Shown here piece by piece: positions 1-14,460 of a DNA stretch of 64,000 nucleotides (its first letter is position 1; every line of letters starts with the position of its first letter). Position numbers and translations under genes: made by a program. Below the pieces are notes generated by a model. It did not search any database. It had not been told where the DNA came from and saw only the letters and a list, made by a program, of their open reading frames with translations. Origin of the DNA: Eledone cirrhosa (taxonomy: Eukaryota); assembly GCA_964016885.1 (NCBI GenBank), contig OZ024740.1:403620001-403684000 (forward strand), in the 5' to 3' direction.

Positions 1-752
1 CTTATACAAAAATAATTCAGTGGATGGAAAAAAGCAAGCGTGGACTAAATTCCAAGACATTGAAAAAATCACTGCCTACTTGGTCGATGGTAAATTCAAA
101 AGAATCAATCACGTGACATCGAGGTTAATCAGTGAGGAGTGGGGTGTTAAGAAGACAGTAGCCGAACTATTACTATGAACTATAGTAGCAGTTTTGGCAA
201 ATTTTTGCTCAACAAAATAATTTGGAGATAATTATAAAGAATTAGTATATCTACCAACATATATATACAGATGCATACCTATGCTAGCAAATATATAGGT
301 TTTGTTTTAGTAACTTTGTGGTTCAATGCAAGGGGATGCAGAACAATTATATGAAAGACGTAAAATAAGAAAACTATAAAAATTAACTTACTTACTAAAA
401 TTTCACTCCAACTAATTAGTTTCTGAAAGGGAATAAACATGGTTTCCGAATGGAACGCATGGAGAAGGCCTTTCGTCATCAGGAAGTCTATTCTCAGCTA
501 AGTTCCCAGGCGATGCGTGGACACAGGGAACTTATACAAAAATAATTCAATGGATAGAAAAAAGCAAGCGTGGACTAAATTCCAAGACATTGAAAAAATC
601 GCTGCCTACTTGGTCGGTGGCAAATTCAAAAGAATCAATCACGTGACATCGAGGTTAATCAGTAAGGAGTGGGGTGTTAAGAAGACAGTAGCCGAACTAT
701 TACTATGAACTATAGTAGCAGTTTTGGCAAATTTTTGCTCAACAAAATAATT
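1..752. repeat. ~530-bp period direct repeat (1-222 repeated at 531-752), possibly a Penelope pLTR-like tandem
   Basis: cttatacaaaaataattca...caacaaaataattt occurs at 1 and 531 with few substitutions. A CTGATGA...GAAA core lies on the - strand at ~436-488. Confidence 0.7.
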
Positions 753-1321
753 TCTTCATGTATCAGAAAATAATTTCTTCATGTATCAGAAAAATTTCTT
801 CATGTATCAGAATTACTACTGTGGTGGGAAAGGGGCTGTAATCTTGAACAGCTGGCATCACTTCGACGTCATCATTGCCCCTAGGCGCCTTAATCTACAT
901 CGGTCAGGTACACACCCAGGTGTGTACCTGACCGATGCCATTTACGTGGTTTTGTCTTTGCTCCACATATGACGTATTATCTTCGTTTTTCCAGTGCATT
1001 TTCCGTTCAGAGAACGTCTCTATGAACCACCTAAGAGAAGATTAGTCTACGACTTATTTTATACCATAAACGTGGTTTTGTCTTTGCGTGTAATTGTTTT
1101 TCACCGCTCCAAATAATGACGTATTATATTCGTTTTTTCCCGTTCTTTGCCAGGGAACGTTTCCACGAACCAAAGTAGCGTCTTCCTGTCTTCCTCCGGT
1201 TGCAACGTTTTTTGAAATATTCACTTCTGCGTTCACAGATTGACTTTGTTAGTTTCAGAAGATCCCGTTAAGGGTGAAAGCAGCGATTCTTTGATTAAAC
1301 TTTAATCTGTTATTTTAATAA

Positions 1322-1420
<99 letters not shown>

Positions 1421-1468
1421 TATATATATATATGTGTGTATATATATATGTGTGTATATATATGTAAA

Positions 1469-1549
<81 letters not shown>

Positions 1550-1650
1550 CTGTGTCTGTGTATCTGTGTGTGTGTGTGTCTGTGTGTGTGTCTGTGTGTA
1601 TAAAATCGGTTGTGTATTATAATAATAAATTATCTATTTTTACTTTGTAG

Positions 1651-3699
1651 CAACAAGACCTTGCAATCCTACACCAAAATGTGAAATTTCTGAAATCCTT
1701 GATTATGACAATTGTCAATGCTTACCAAAATGCGCTTATCCGCCGAACTGTAGTGCTAATGAACGACTAAATGTAACAAGCTGCCGATGCGAAAAGGCTT
1801 GTCCTTTTATTCAACCATGTAGTGTTTCTGAAACTCTTGATTTGGTTTCCTGCCAGTGTGTTTCTCGGTGCCCACCATTGTATTGTCGTAATGAAGAAAA
1901 GATAAATTATGACACATGTCGCTGTGAACCTCGTTGCCAAAATGTGCAAACATGTGGTACTAATCAAAAGTTCAATGACGTCACATGTCAATGTGAAAAT
2001 AAATGCATGTATTTACCTTCATGTAGGACAAATGAAAAAGTAAATTATGACACATGTCGTTGTGAACCTCGTTGCCAAAATGTGCAAACATGTAGTACTA
2101 ATCAAAAGTTAAATGACGTCACATGTCAATGTGAAAATAAATGCATATATGTACCCTCATGTAGGACAAATGAAAAAGTAAATTATGACACATGTCGCTG
2201 TGAACCTCGTTGCCAAAATGTGCAAACATGTGGTACTAATCAAAAGTTCAATGACGTCACATGTCAATGTGAAAATAAATGCATGTATGTACCCTCATGT
2301 AGGACAAATGAAGAAGTAAATTATGACACATGTCGCTGTGAACCTCGTTGCCAAAATGTGCAAACATGTGGTACTAATCAAAAGTTCAATGACGTCACAT
2401 GTCAATGTGAAAATAAATGCATGTATGTACCCTCATGTAGGACAAATGAAGAAGTAAATTATGACACATGTCGCTGTGAACCTCGTTGCCAAAATGTGCA
2501 AACATGTGGTACTAATCAAAAGTTCAATGACGTCACATGTCAATGTGAAAATAAATGCATGTATGTACCCTCATGTAGGACAAATGAAGAAGTAAATTAT
2601 GACACATGTCGCTGTGAACCTCGTTGCCAAAATGTGCAAACATGTGGTACTAATCAAAAGTTCAATGACGTCACATGTCAATGTGAAAATAAATGCATGT
2701 ATGTACCCTCATGTAGGACAAATGAAGAAGTAAATTATGACACATGTCGCTGTGAACCTCGTTGCCAAAATGTGCAAACATGTAGTACTAATCAAAAGTT
2801 CAATGACGTCACATGTCAATGTGAAAATAAATGCATGTATGTACCTTCATGTAGGACAAATGAAGAAGTAAATTATGACACATGTCGCTGTGAACCTCGT
2901 TGCCAAAATGTGCAAACATGTGGTACTAATCAAAAGTTCAATGACGTCACATGTCAATGTGAAAATAAATGCATGTATTTACCCTCATGTAGGACAAATG
3001 AAAAAGTAAACTATGACACATGTCGCTGTGAACCTCGTTGCCAAAATGTGCAAACATGTGGTAATAATCAAAAGTTCAATGACGTCACATGTCAATGTGA
3101 AAATAAATGCATATACACACCCTCATGTAGGACAAATGAAAAAGTAAATTATGACACATGTCGCTGTGAACCTCGTTGCCAAAATGTGCAAACATGTGGT
3201 ACTAATCAAAAGTTAAATGACGTCACATGTCAATGTGAAAATAAATGCATGTATTTACCCTCATGTAGGACAAATGAAAAAGTAAACTATGACACATGTC
3301 GCTGTGAACCTCGTTGCCAAAATGTGCAAACATGTGGTAATAATCAAAAGTTCAATGACGTCACATGTCAATGTGAAAATAAATGCATATACACACCCTC
3401 ATGTAGGACAAATGAAAAAGTAAATTATGACACATGTCGCTGTGAAGCCCGTTGCTCTGGGGAAATTAACTGTAATAACAACCAAAGATTTGATTATGTG
3501 CAATGTCGTTGTATCGATCAGTGTATTAGCCCACCATTGTGTATATCTGGACAGCAGCTTGATCTCATCAACTGCAGATGTGTGAATATCTACTGTCCAA
3601 ATGCTCCAATTTGTAAAAATGGAGAACGTTTAGACAATATAAGGTGCATTTGTATGAGAAGTGCCACAGATTCACCAGTAGTACGACCAACGGGAATAG
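1651..3699 (+). CDS. Large internal exon of a Cys-rich repeat + laminin-G (Pif/BMSP-like) protein; 11 near-identical 138-bp (46-aa) units built from C-X10-C-X-C-X3-C-X5 modules
   Basis: Acceptor tttgtag|ca at 1650/1651. Open frame TRPCNPTPKC...SPVVRPTGI. Donor ag|gtatgt at 3699/3700. Phase 1 at both ends. Unit marker cctcgttgcc recurs at 1929, 2067 ... 3309. Confidence 0.9.
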
Positions 3700-4440
3700 G
3701 TATGTTATTTTCCATATGTACTTTTTGATATACCATTTTCAATTTATCTCGGAAAAATTGATTTGATGGTAGTCACTCCGATTATTATATGTAATGATTC
3801 ATAGAATATTCTTTTCTTTATCATCTCCCGAGCTATGATTAACATTCTATGCTGATAAAAGTGCTGATTTAATTTATAGTTGTGAGTTCAGAAATGGGTA
3901 GAAGTTATTGTTCAGTCACAAGTGAAACCCTATTCATCAGATTTATAATTAAAGCTGTTTCAGCCGTTACAATCTCGTCTATTGTTTCCAGATACATTGT
4001 ATCTAGATATACATTATTGAATCTATTATTATTTTGATGATGTAATTTGAGAGAAATTTGGTTGTTATTTCTACGAGGCGATGCCACCACGTAGGCTCGT
4101 TACGAAACAATAATTGTAGTCAGAGGTGACAAGGATTATGCATGTAATATAAAGGAATAAGAATAGTGTAACTCTCAGTTGTACTCACGTTCGAATTGGA
4201 GAAACTACTGTCAACATATGTAGCATTCAAACGTCAACGACAATAAATTAATAACGGACAGAATACATAGACCATCATCTATTTCATGAGAATTTGGTAT
4301 AGGAGAGCTAATTTCTTTGTTAATATTTGCTTTTATTCTTTTTTTTTAATATATATATATATATATATATGCTTCCATGTGAAAACACTGTAATACTCAG
4401 TTTTAATTTCATCTTTTTAAATATTTTTTATTGTATACAG

Positions 4441-4805
4441 ATTGCAAACCAACTGTTAATATTGGCTTCCAAAATCTTAACCAATCTAATTCACGATTCC
4501 TACACGTGAAAGGCGTTACAACTAGGTACAATACAGAAGCTGAAGATAACTATACGGGTGTCTTCGATGGTTATTGTCAAATTCTTCTTACCAAATTTAA
4601 TTTTGGAAATACAATTCCTCCATTTGCAATTTCTTTGCGATACCGCTTTGATAAGAATAACATGGGCATGAAACCATACGCTCTTGTCACAAATAGTAAT
4701 AACATGCGGCAGCCATCAATTTTAATCGCAGCTACATCTAGCTATATAGAATTCGGAATTCGAACTCGCGAACAAGGCTACAGATCAATTAAGATATTAG
4801 TTTCA
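4441..4805 (+). CDS. Exon: N-terminal part of laminin-G/concanavalin-like domain (DCKPTVNIGF...GVFDG...YALVTNSNNMRQPSILIAAT...IKILVS)
   Basis: Acceptor atacag|at, donor tca|gtaagt. Phase 1 to phase 0, in frame with the previous exon. Motif pattern resembles the LamG3 domain of molluscan Pif-like proteins (recalled, not searched). Confidence 0.85.
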
Positions 4806-4987
4806 GTAAGTCAAACCTTTTCTCTACAAATCTTTACATACATTTCCAACAAGATAGATACAAGTAATACATGTATATGAATAGATTATATCTGACATGT
4901 AGTATGGCGGATACCATAAAAACAAGCAAAACAAAATAATGCTAGAGCGTATCTGATTCGGTTATTTTTTGCCTACGGCATCTATCT

Positions 4988-5018
<31 letters not shown>

Positions 5019-5159
5019 GAAATTATAGAAATTATTGTGAGCGTGAAGCCAACAGTATTTCATAATATATATATATTGTCGATCCACTTTCGTCAAATCG
5101 GACCGAGGAAACAATGTTTCCGTTGGTCTTTCCAATTGTTGCTAATACTATCTATCGGT

Positions 5160-5496
<337 letters not shown>

Positions 5497-5618
5497 AATA
5501 TAGACATAGAATATTCGAAAATATTCTGTATGTTTATAATAAACATTTTGAAGACCTAATCGCTATAGAATAGAATACGTCACGTATTACAATTAGATTC
5601 TCGATAAAAGCAAGGGAA

Positions 5619-5661
5619 GTAATCTACGCGTTTCATTCTCGTTAGAAATCATCAGGACTAC
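5619..5661 (-). ncRNA. Type I minimal hammerhead ribozyme (also at 5929, 6239, 6549, 6859, 7169, 7479, 7789)
   Basis: Reverse complement of the motif at 8060-8102, present in each of the 8 full forward units. Confidence 0.88.
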
Positions 5662-8059
5662 ATATCCAGTGCTTTTATCGAGAATGACACAGCTAGAGAC
5701 TTATAGAATACTTAGCTGTGTACAGGAACTGGTTTGAAAGAGCGGTTGCCGGTCCGGCAGAAATTAGAAATTGGAATAAATGCTCTGAAATAGCGATATA
5801 TATGTGAATATAGACATAGAATATTCGAAAATATTCTGTATGTTTATAATAAACATTTTGAAGACCTAATCGCTATAGAATAGAATACGTCACGTATTAC
5901 AATTAGATTCTCGATAAAAGCAAGGGAAGTAATCTACGCGTTTCATTCTCGTTAGAAATCATCAGGACTACATATCCAGTGCTTTTATCGAGAATGACAC
6001 AGCTAGAGACTTATAGAATACTTAGCTGTGTACAGGAACTGGTTTGAAAGAGCGGTTGCCGGTCCGGCAGAAATTAGAAATTGGAATAAATGCTCTGAAA
6101 TAGCGATATATATGTGAATATAGACATAGAATATTCGAAAATATTCTGTATGTTTATAATAAACATTTTGAAGACCTAATCGCTATAGAATAGAATACGT
6201 CACGTATTACAATTAGATTCTCGATAAAAGCAAGGGAAGTAATCTACGCGTTTCATTCTCGTTAGAAATCATCAGGACTACATATCCAGTGCTTTTATCG
6301 AGAATGACACAGCTAGAGACTTATAGAATACTTAGCTGTGTACAGGAACTGGTTTGAAAGAGCGGTTGCCGGTCCGGCAGAAATTAGAAATTGGAATAAA
6401 TGCTCTGAAATAGCGATATATATGTGAATATAGACATAGAATATTCGAAAATATTCTGTATGTTTATAATAAACATTTTGAAGACCTAATCGCTATAGAA
6501 TAGAATACGTCACGTATTACAATTAGATTCTCGATAAAAGCAAGGGAAGTAATCTACGCGTTTCATTCTCGTTAGAAATCATCAGGACTACATATCCAGT
6601 GCTTTTATCGAGAATGACACAGCTAGAGACTTATAGAATACTTAGCTGTGTACAGGAACTGGTTTGAAAGAGCGGTTGCCGGTCCGGCAGAAATTAGAAA
6701 TTGGAATAAATGCTCTGAAATAGCGATATATATGTGAATATAGACATAGAATATTCGAAAATATTCTGTATGTTTATAATAAACATTTTGAAGACCTAAT
6801 CGCTATAGAATAGAATACGTCACGTATTACAATTAGATTCTCGATAAAAGCAAGGGAAGTAATCTACGCGTTTCATTCTCGTTAGAAATCATCAGGACTA
6901 CATATCCAGTGCTTTTATCGAGAATGACACAGCTAGAGACTTATAGAATACTTAGCTGTGTACAGGAACTGGTTTGAAAGAGCGGTTGCCGGTCCGGCAG
7001 AAATTAGAAATTGGAATAAATGCTCTGAAATAGCGATATATATGTGAATATAGACATAGAATATTCGAAAATATTCTGTATGTTTATAATAAACATTTTG
7101 AAGACCTAATCGCTATAGAATAGAATACGTCACGTATTACAATTAGATTCTCGATAAAAGCAAGGGAAGTAATCTACGCGTTTCATTCTCGTTAGAAATC
7201 ATCAGGACTACATATCCAGTGCTTTTATCGAGAATGACACAGCTAGAGACTTATAGAATACTTAGCTGTGTACAGGAACTGGTTTGAAAGAGCGGTTGCC
7301 GGTCCGGCAGAAATTAGAAATTGGAATAAATGCTCTGAAATAGCGATATATATGTGAATATAGACATAGAATATTCGAAAATATTCTGTATGTTTATAAT
7401 AAACATTTTGAAGACCTAATCGCTATAGAATAGAATACGTCACGTATTACAATTAGATTCTCGATAAAAGCAAGGGAAGTAATCTACGCGTTTCATTCTC
7501 GTTAGAAATCATCAGGACTACATATCCAGTGCTTTTATCGAGAATGACACAGCTAGAGACTTATAGAATACTTAGCTGTGTACAGGAACTGGTTTGAAAG
7601 AGCGGTTGCCGGTCCGGCAGAAATTAGAAATTGGAATAAATGCTCTGAAATAGCGATATATATGTGAATATAGACATAGAATATTCGAAAATATTCTGTA
7701 TGTTTATAATAAACATTTTGAAGACCTAATCGCTATAGAATAGAATACGTCACGTATTACAATTAGATTCTCGATAAAAGCAAGGGAAGTAATCTACGCG
7801 TTTCATTCTCGTTAGAAATCATCAGGACTACATATCCAGTGCTTTTATCGAGAATGACACAGCTAGAGACTTATAGAATACTTAGCTGTGTACAGGAACT
7901 GGTTTGAAAGAGCGGTTGCCGGTCCGGCAGAAATTAGAAATTGGAATAAATGCTCTGAAATAGCGATATATATGTGAATATAGACATAGAATATTCGAAA
8001 ATATTCTGTATGTTTATAATAAACATTTTGAAGACCTAATCGATAAAAGCACTGGATAT

Positions 8060-8102
8060 GTAGTCCTGATGATTTCTAACGAGAATGAAACGCGTAGATT
8101 AC
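8060..8102 (+). ncRNA. Type I minimal hammerhead ribozyme (also at 8370, 8680, 8990)
   Basis: gtagtc-CTGATGA-t-ttct(aacg)agaa-t-GAAA-cgcg-TA-gattac: 6-bp stem I, full catalytic core, 4-bp stem II, palindromic ACGCGT stem III, predicted cleavage after 8096. Confidence 0.88.
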
Positions 8103-9185
8103 TTCCCTTGCTTTTATCGAGAATCTAATTGTAATACGTGACGTATTCTATTCTATAGCGATTAGGTCTTCAAAATGTTTATTATAAACATACAGAATAT
8201 TTTCGAATATTCTATGTCTATATTCACATATATATCGCTATTTCAGAGCATTTATTCCAATTTCTAATTTCTGCCGGACCGGCAACCGCTCTTTCAAACC
8301 AGTTCCTGTACACAGCTAAGTATTCTATAAGTCTCTAGCTGTGTCATTCTCGATAAAAGCACTGGATATGTAGTCCTGATGATTTCTAACGAGAATGAAA
8401 CGCGTAGATTACTTCCCTTGCTTTTATCGAGAATCTAATTGTAATACGTGACGTATTCTATTCTATAGCGATTAGGTCTTCAAAATGTTTATTATAAACA
8501 TACAGAATATTTTCGAATATTCTATGTCTATATTCACATATATATCGCTATTTCAGAGCATTTATTCCAATTTCTAATTTCTGCCGGACCGGCAACCGCT
8601 CTTTCAAACCAGTTCCTGTACACAGCTAAGTATTCTATAAGTCTCTAGCTGTGTCATTCTCGATAAAAGCACTGGATATGTAGTCCTGATGATTTCTAAC
8701 GAGAATGAAACGCGTAGATTACTTCCCTTGCTTTTATCGAGAATCTAATTGTAATACGTGACGTATTCTATTCTATAGCGATTAGGTCTTCAAAATGTTT
8801 ATTATAAACATACAGAATATTTTCGAATATTCTATGTCTATATTCACATATATATCGCTATTTCAGAGCATTTATTCCAATTTCTAATTTCTGCCGGACC
8901 GGCAACCGCTCTTTCAAACCAGTTCCTGTACACAGCTAAGTATTCTATAAGTCTCTAGCTGTGTCATTCTCGATAAAAGTACTGGATATGTAGTCCTGAT
9001 GATTTCTAACGAGAATGAAACGCGTAGATTACTTCCCTTGCTTTTATCGAGAATCTAATTGTAATACGTGACGTATTCTATTCTATAGCGATTAGGTCTT
9101 CAAAATGTTTATTATAAACATACAGAATATTTTCGAATATTCTATGTCTATATTCACATATATATCGCTATTTCAGAGCATTTAT

Positions 9186-9353
<168 letters not shown>

Positions 9354-9493
9354 GTGTGTACTTGCGTGTATATATATATATATATATGGGTGTGTACTTG
9401 CGTGTGTATGTGTGTGTGTATATTATGTTATGACAATTTCAAATTAATTATTCCGTTATTAATGTTCCGATTCTATGCACGTATATATATATA

Positions 9494-10060
9494 CAGGGGT
9501 TGGACAAAATATTAGAAACACCTAGCATCATAGCATCATAATTTTGAAATATCTATAAAATCGTCAAAAGCTTGTTTATTTTTATTATTTTCGAGGTGGT
9601 CATTAAGCTCTGCAGTAATTTTGGGAGCTGTACTTTTGTGATCCTTTCTAACAATTCGCATAAGAGTCCGACCGTCCCTATCTGAAAGTTTTGGTTTTCT
9701 TTCGGAGTTTTGATTCGATGAGGAGGTTTTTCCCTCTTTCTCAAAGGATGTCATTACTTTCGAGACAGTACTTCTTGATACACCAATCATTTCGGCTGTT
9801 TTCGTTTCGCTAGCGCCTGCCATACGAGCACCAACAATTTCACCTCTTTGAAAGTCCAATAGATCTGTCATTTTTATGAATTTTAATTACCTTTTTCTGA
9901 TGATATCTGTAAAGAAACAGCAATTTTAACAAAACATATTAAGCAACACTAATAATAAATCAAAAAACATAAAAATAAGCAAGCTTTTGAGGGTTTTATA
10001 GATATTTCAAAATGATGATGCTATGATGCTAGGTGTTTCCATTATTTTGTCCAACCCCTG
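9494..10060 (-). mobile_element. Internally deleted Tc1/mariner element with ~95-bp TIRs and TA target duplication
   Basis: ta|caggggttggacaaaata...tattttgtccaacccctg|ta. Internal ORF 9871-9536 encodes the Tc1 paired-like HTH region (LDFQRGEIVGAR...GVSRSTVSKV...KLSDRD). Confidence 0.92.
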
Positions 10061-10176
10061 TATATGTGTGTGTGTGTGTGTGTGTGCACGCGCGTGTGTG
10101 TGTGAGTGTGTGCGTGTGTATGTGTGTATCCGTCTGCACATGTTTATGTGTTTATACTTTATACTCCTTCAAAAGG

Positions 10177-10219
<43 letters not shown>

Positions 10220-10347
10220 TAGCAGATTAAAGTTTAAGCAAAGAATCGCTGCTTTCACCCTTAACGGGATCTTCTATGTTTTATATATATATATTATCCT
10301 TATCGAGCCCTCTTCGGATTTTAATCTTCACATTATTACTATATATA

Positions 10348-10540
10348 AAGGCGGTGGATTGGCAGTATCGGTAGAGAGTCGGACACCATGCTTTGAAGCA
10401 TAGAGTTACGTCCCTTTATGATCTGAGTTCAAATCCCGCCGAGGTTAACTTTGCCTTTCATCCTTACGGGGTCGATAAAATAAAGTACCAGTAATGTACT
10501 GAGTAATTGCTGGCCTTGTGCCAAAAGTAGAAACAATTAT
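10348..10540 (+). mobile_element. tRNA-derived SINE (main family) with TSD attattactatatata
   Basis: tggcagtatcgg (A box), gagttcaaatccc (B box), core gcctttcatccttacggggtcgataaaataaagtaccag, tail ggccttgtgccaaaagtagaaacaatt. Confidence 0.9.
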
Positions 10541-10562
10541 TACTATATATATATGTGTGTGC

Positions 10563-11052
10563 TGGTTCACCAATGGATAGAACTGGTCATTCCGTATAGT
10601 TAACCATGATGCAATTGTAGGAAAAGCATTCAACGTAAGGCAACTCAATCCTCTTTAATGTAAGATTATGTTGGTGGTGCGTCAATGGAGGGTGTAGGCC
10701 GCCCCGGAGTCAGATATCTCCAATTCTATTTTTTTCTAGTTTTTGTTATCATGTGCCCAGCTTGTGTTTACCACGGTTCCTTTATGACTATTATGCAATA
10801 CACCTGATGATGTCGCTGGAACTCTACTGGCCATTTTAATATATATAGTGTCTGCAAAAATAAAATAAAACTTTAAAGGAATTTCAAATTTCCGGTCCCC
10901 TGTCACTTTATTCAACAATATTTAACTCCGTTCGCGCACCACCAACAGAATCTTACATAAAAGATGATTGAGTTGCATTACGTTGAGTGCTTTACATATA
11001 ATGCATTATAATTAACTATACAGAATGACCAGTTCTATCCAGTGGTGAACCA
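10563..11052. mobile_element. MITE / non-autonomous DNA transposon with ~120-bp diverged TIRs
   Basis: tggttcaccaatggatagaactggtcattccgtatagttaa... is mirrored by ...ttaactatacagaatgaccagttctatccagtggtgaacca. No coding capacity. Confidence 0.8.
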
Positions 11053-11062
11053 CCAACTTCAA

Positions 11063-11139
<77 letters not shown>

Positions 11140-11606
11140 TGAGGAGAAAGAGAGAGAGTGAGAGGTTGGGATTATTGCTGTCACTGTTTTGTTTTTTTAA
11201 ATCTCACTTATCGTAAAATTGTATTTATAATGATTTGAATATGAAGTATTACGGATGTTGGATTTTATGTTGTAATCTAACAATAAAATAAATGAAAGAA
11301 TACCAATCATGATTCCAGTCCTGTAAGGTGGGTGAATGAGTGAAGTATTAGAGCGTCGGACAAAAGCGTAGTAGTTTTTTTACCGTCTCTTTGCATTCTG
11401 AATTCAAATCCAGTTGGGAACAACTTTGCCTGTCATCCTTTCATGGTCTATCAAATATAGTTCCTGTCAAGTTTTGGGGTCCAATTAATCAACTATCCAC
11501 CCATAGCCTGACTGTTGGCCTTGTGCCTAAATTAGAAATCAGTGTTTTGGCACAGTAGTTTACAACACTGAAAAATGTTCACAACACTTTTTTTTACTCC
11601 TTATAG

Positions 11607-11697
11607 GGATCTGACTGGGAACATGTTGGTTTAATATACGACGGCAACCAGCTAATTGGCCAGGTCGGTGACTTTCTCAAGAAGTTACAAGTATCAG
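11607..11697 (+). CDS. Exon: laminin-G domain, GSDWEHVGLIYDGNQLIGQVGDFLKKLQVS
   Basis: Polypyrimidine + ttatag|gga acceptor; cag|gtaata donor; 91 nt, phase 0 to 1. Contains the W-x-H-V-x-L-x-Y-D-G LamG signature. Confidence 0.9.
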
Positions 11698-11849
11698 GTA
11701 ATACTCTTTTATTATTTTTTCCAGTCATTGACTTCATCCATACTTAGAAAAGCAGTTAGAGTAAGCCTACCTCGCCTCGTCAATCTCGCCGATCTCACTT
11801 AACTTTCATTAAATACACTAAAACGCTGCGCCTCCCTCTTTGCCTTCAA

Positions 11850-12060
11850 GTGTTACTACCATTAAGATGATGAGGGTTTGGTTAAGAGAAAGATTCCAGT
11901 CCTCAAACCTTCAAGACGTGTCCACGATACAGTTTCTTTCGCCATAGGTATGAGGTAGAGGAAGACTTGTTGCGCCGCTCTCCTAAAAGAAGGTGGTTGT
12001 TTACATTTCACTATTGACGCGGCTAATAGCTGGATCTGTCCTACAGATGTTCCACACAAG
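11850..12060 (-). mobile_element. Degenerate 3' fragment of a Tx1-like LINE ORF2
   Basis: PPSF...QQVFLYLIPMAKETVSWTRLEGLRTGIFL matches PPSF...QAVFICLVAMAKEIVWWTRLKGLKT of the Tx1-like copies at 52.7 and 58.7 kb. Confidence 0.75.
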
Positions 12061-12173
12061 TCTACATGTCTACAATGTAAGGACACTGGACAATAGCATA
12101 CAGGACGTTTTTGTCACCCTTTTAATATCTCGGATATGTTCAGCCGATGGCACTTCTGTCTGTAGAGCTGCTG

Positions 12174-12241
<68 letters not shown>

Positions 12242-12329
12242 GTTATCTTCTTTTTACACGTATTTTTGGAAATCCCCACTGTCCCAGTTTTTTGCCGCTC
12301 TCATGACATCCAGCCTTCTAGCAAACGGT

Positions 12330-13805
<1,476 letters not shown>

Positions 13806-13910
13806 TAATTTCTTTATTGAGCACTAGAGGACAATGCAAAAAACAGGGACTGTGGGGATTTAAAAAAATTTGTATAAAAATAAGATAGCAGCAGCAGCAG
13901 TAGTAGTATC

Positions 13911-13968
<58 letters not shown>

Positions 13969-14380
13969 TCAATTTAAGAGCGTATAAACGTACCTTAACG
14001 ATGATACCTATGAAGAAAGATGCATTTGGATGTATATAACTTGGGGTAGTTATCTTCCAGTTTTAACCATTTCATCCATATCTCATGTGTCCATCTTGTC
14101 AAATCCTCTTTTAAAGATATCTGAGATTATATGTAAATAAGCAAAACATATATGCAATGTTATAGAATAGAGGCGTATAGGGAAACATACAATGTCCTCA
14201 TGTATAATAAACTTACATAGCCTCGTTATGAGACTATATGGTAACATATACAATATCTCTATTATGAATCATACTGTGTTAGAGCTACTGCCAAGCAATC
14301 TAATAGATTCGGATAAACTTTAACATATTGAAACTTATCTATGTCGTTATTGATTTATTAATTGATTTATTGTTTTTTAG

Positions 14381-14460
14381 GAACGATTGAAGGAATGTCA
14401 AATAGTTTGGTAATCGGAGCTGGTTATGGATATGAAAATTTCCGAGGAGAAATAGATTAC
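14381..14460 (+). CDS. Exon: laminin-G domain, GTIEGMSNSLVIGAGYGYENFRGEIDY
   Basis: tttttag|ga acceptor; tac|gtaatt donor; 80 nt, phase 1 to 0. Contains the L-x-I-G...F-x-G-x-I-D LamG signature. Confidence 0.9.

Noticed and set aside
436-488. Hammerhead on - strand (CTGATGA-cgaa...ttcg-GAAA-ccatg-TT)
   Set aside because: Core and stem II are present but stem I does not pair adjacent to the core; at best a degenerate relic.
1356-1650. ORFs such as MCVCVC.../YIYIYI... (also at 5199, 9105, 12147, 12785, 41084, 44343, 46383, 47464)
   Set aside because: They are translations of (TG)n, (TA)n, (CTA)n and (TAA)n microsatellites.
10348-10445. tRNA gene
   Set aside because: A and B boxes are present but belong to a SINE head continuing into core and tail with TSDs; no full cloverleaf.
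10800-10830. Isolated CTGATGA matches (also ~3934 -, ~9896, ~33358 -, ~52107)
   Set aside because: No stem II, GAAA or stem I context; chance matches.
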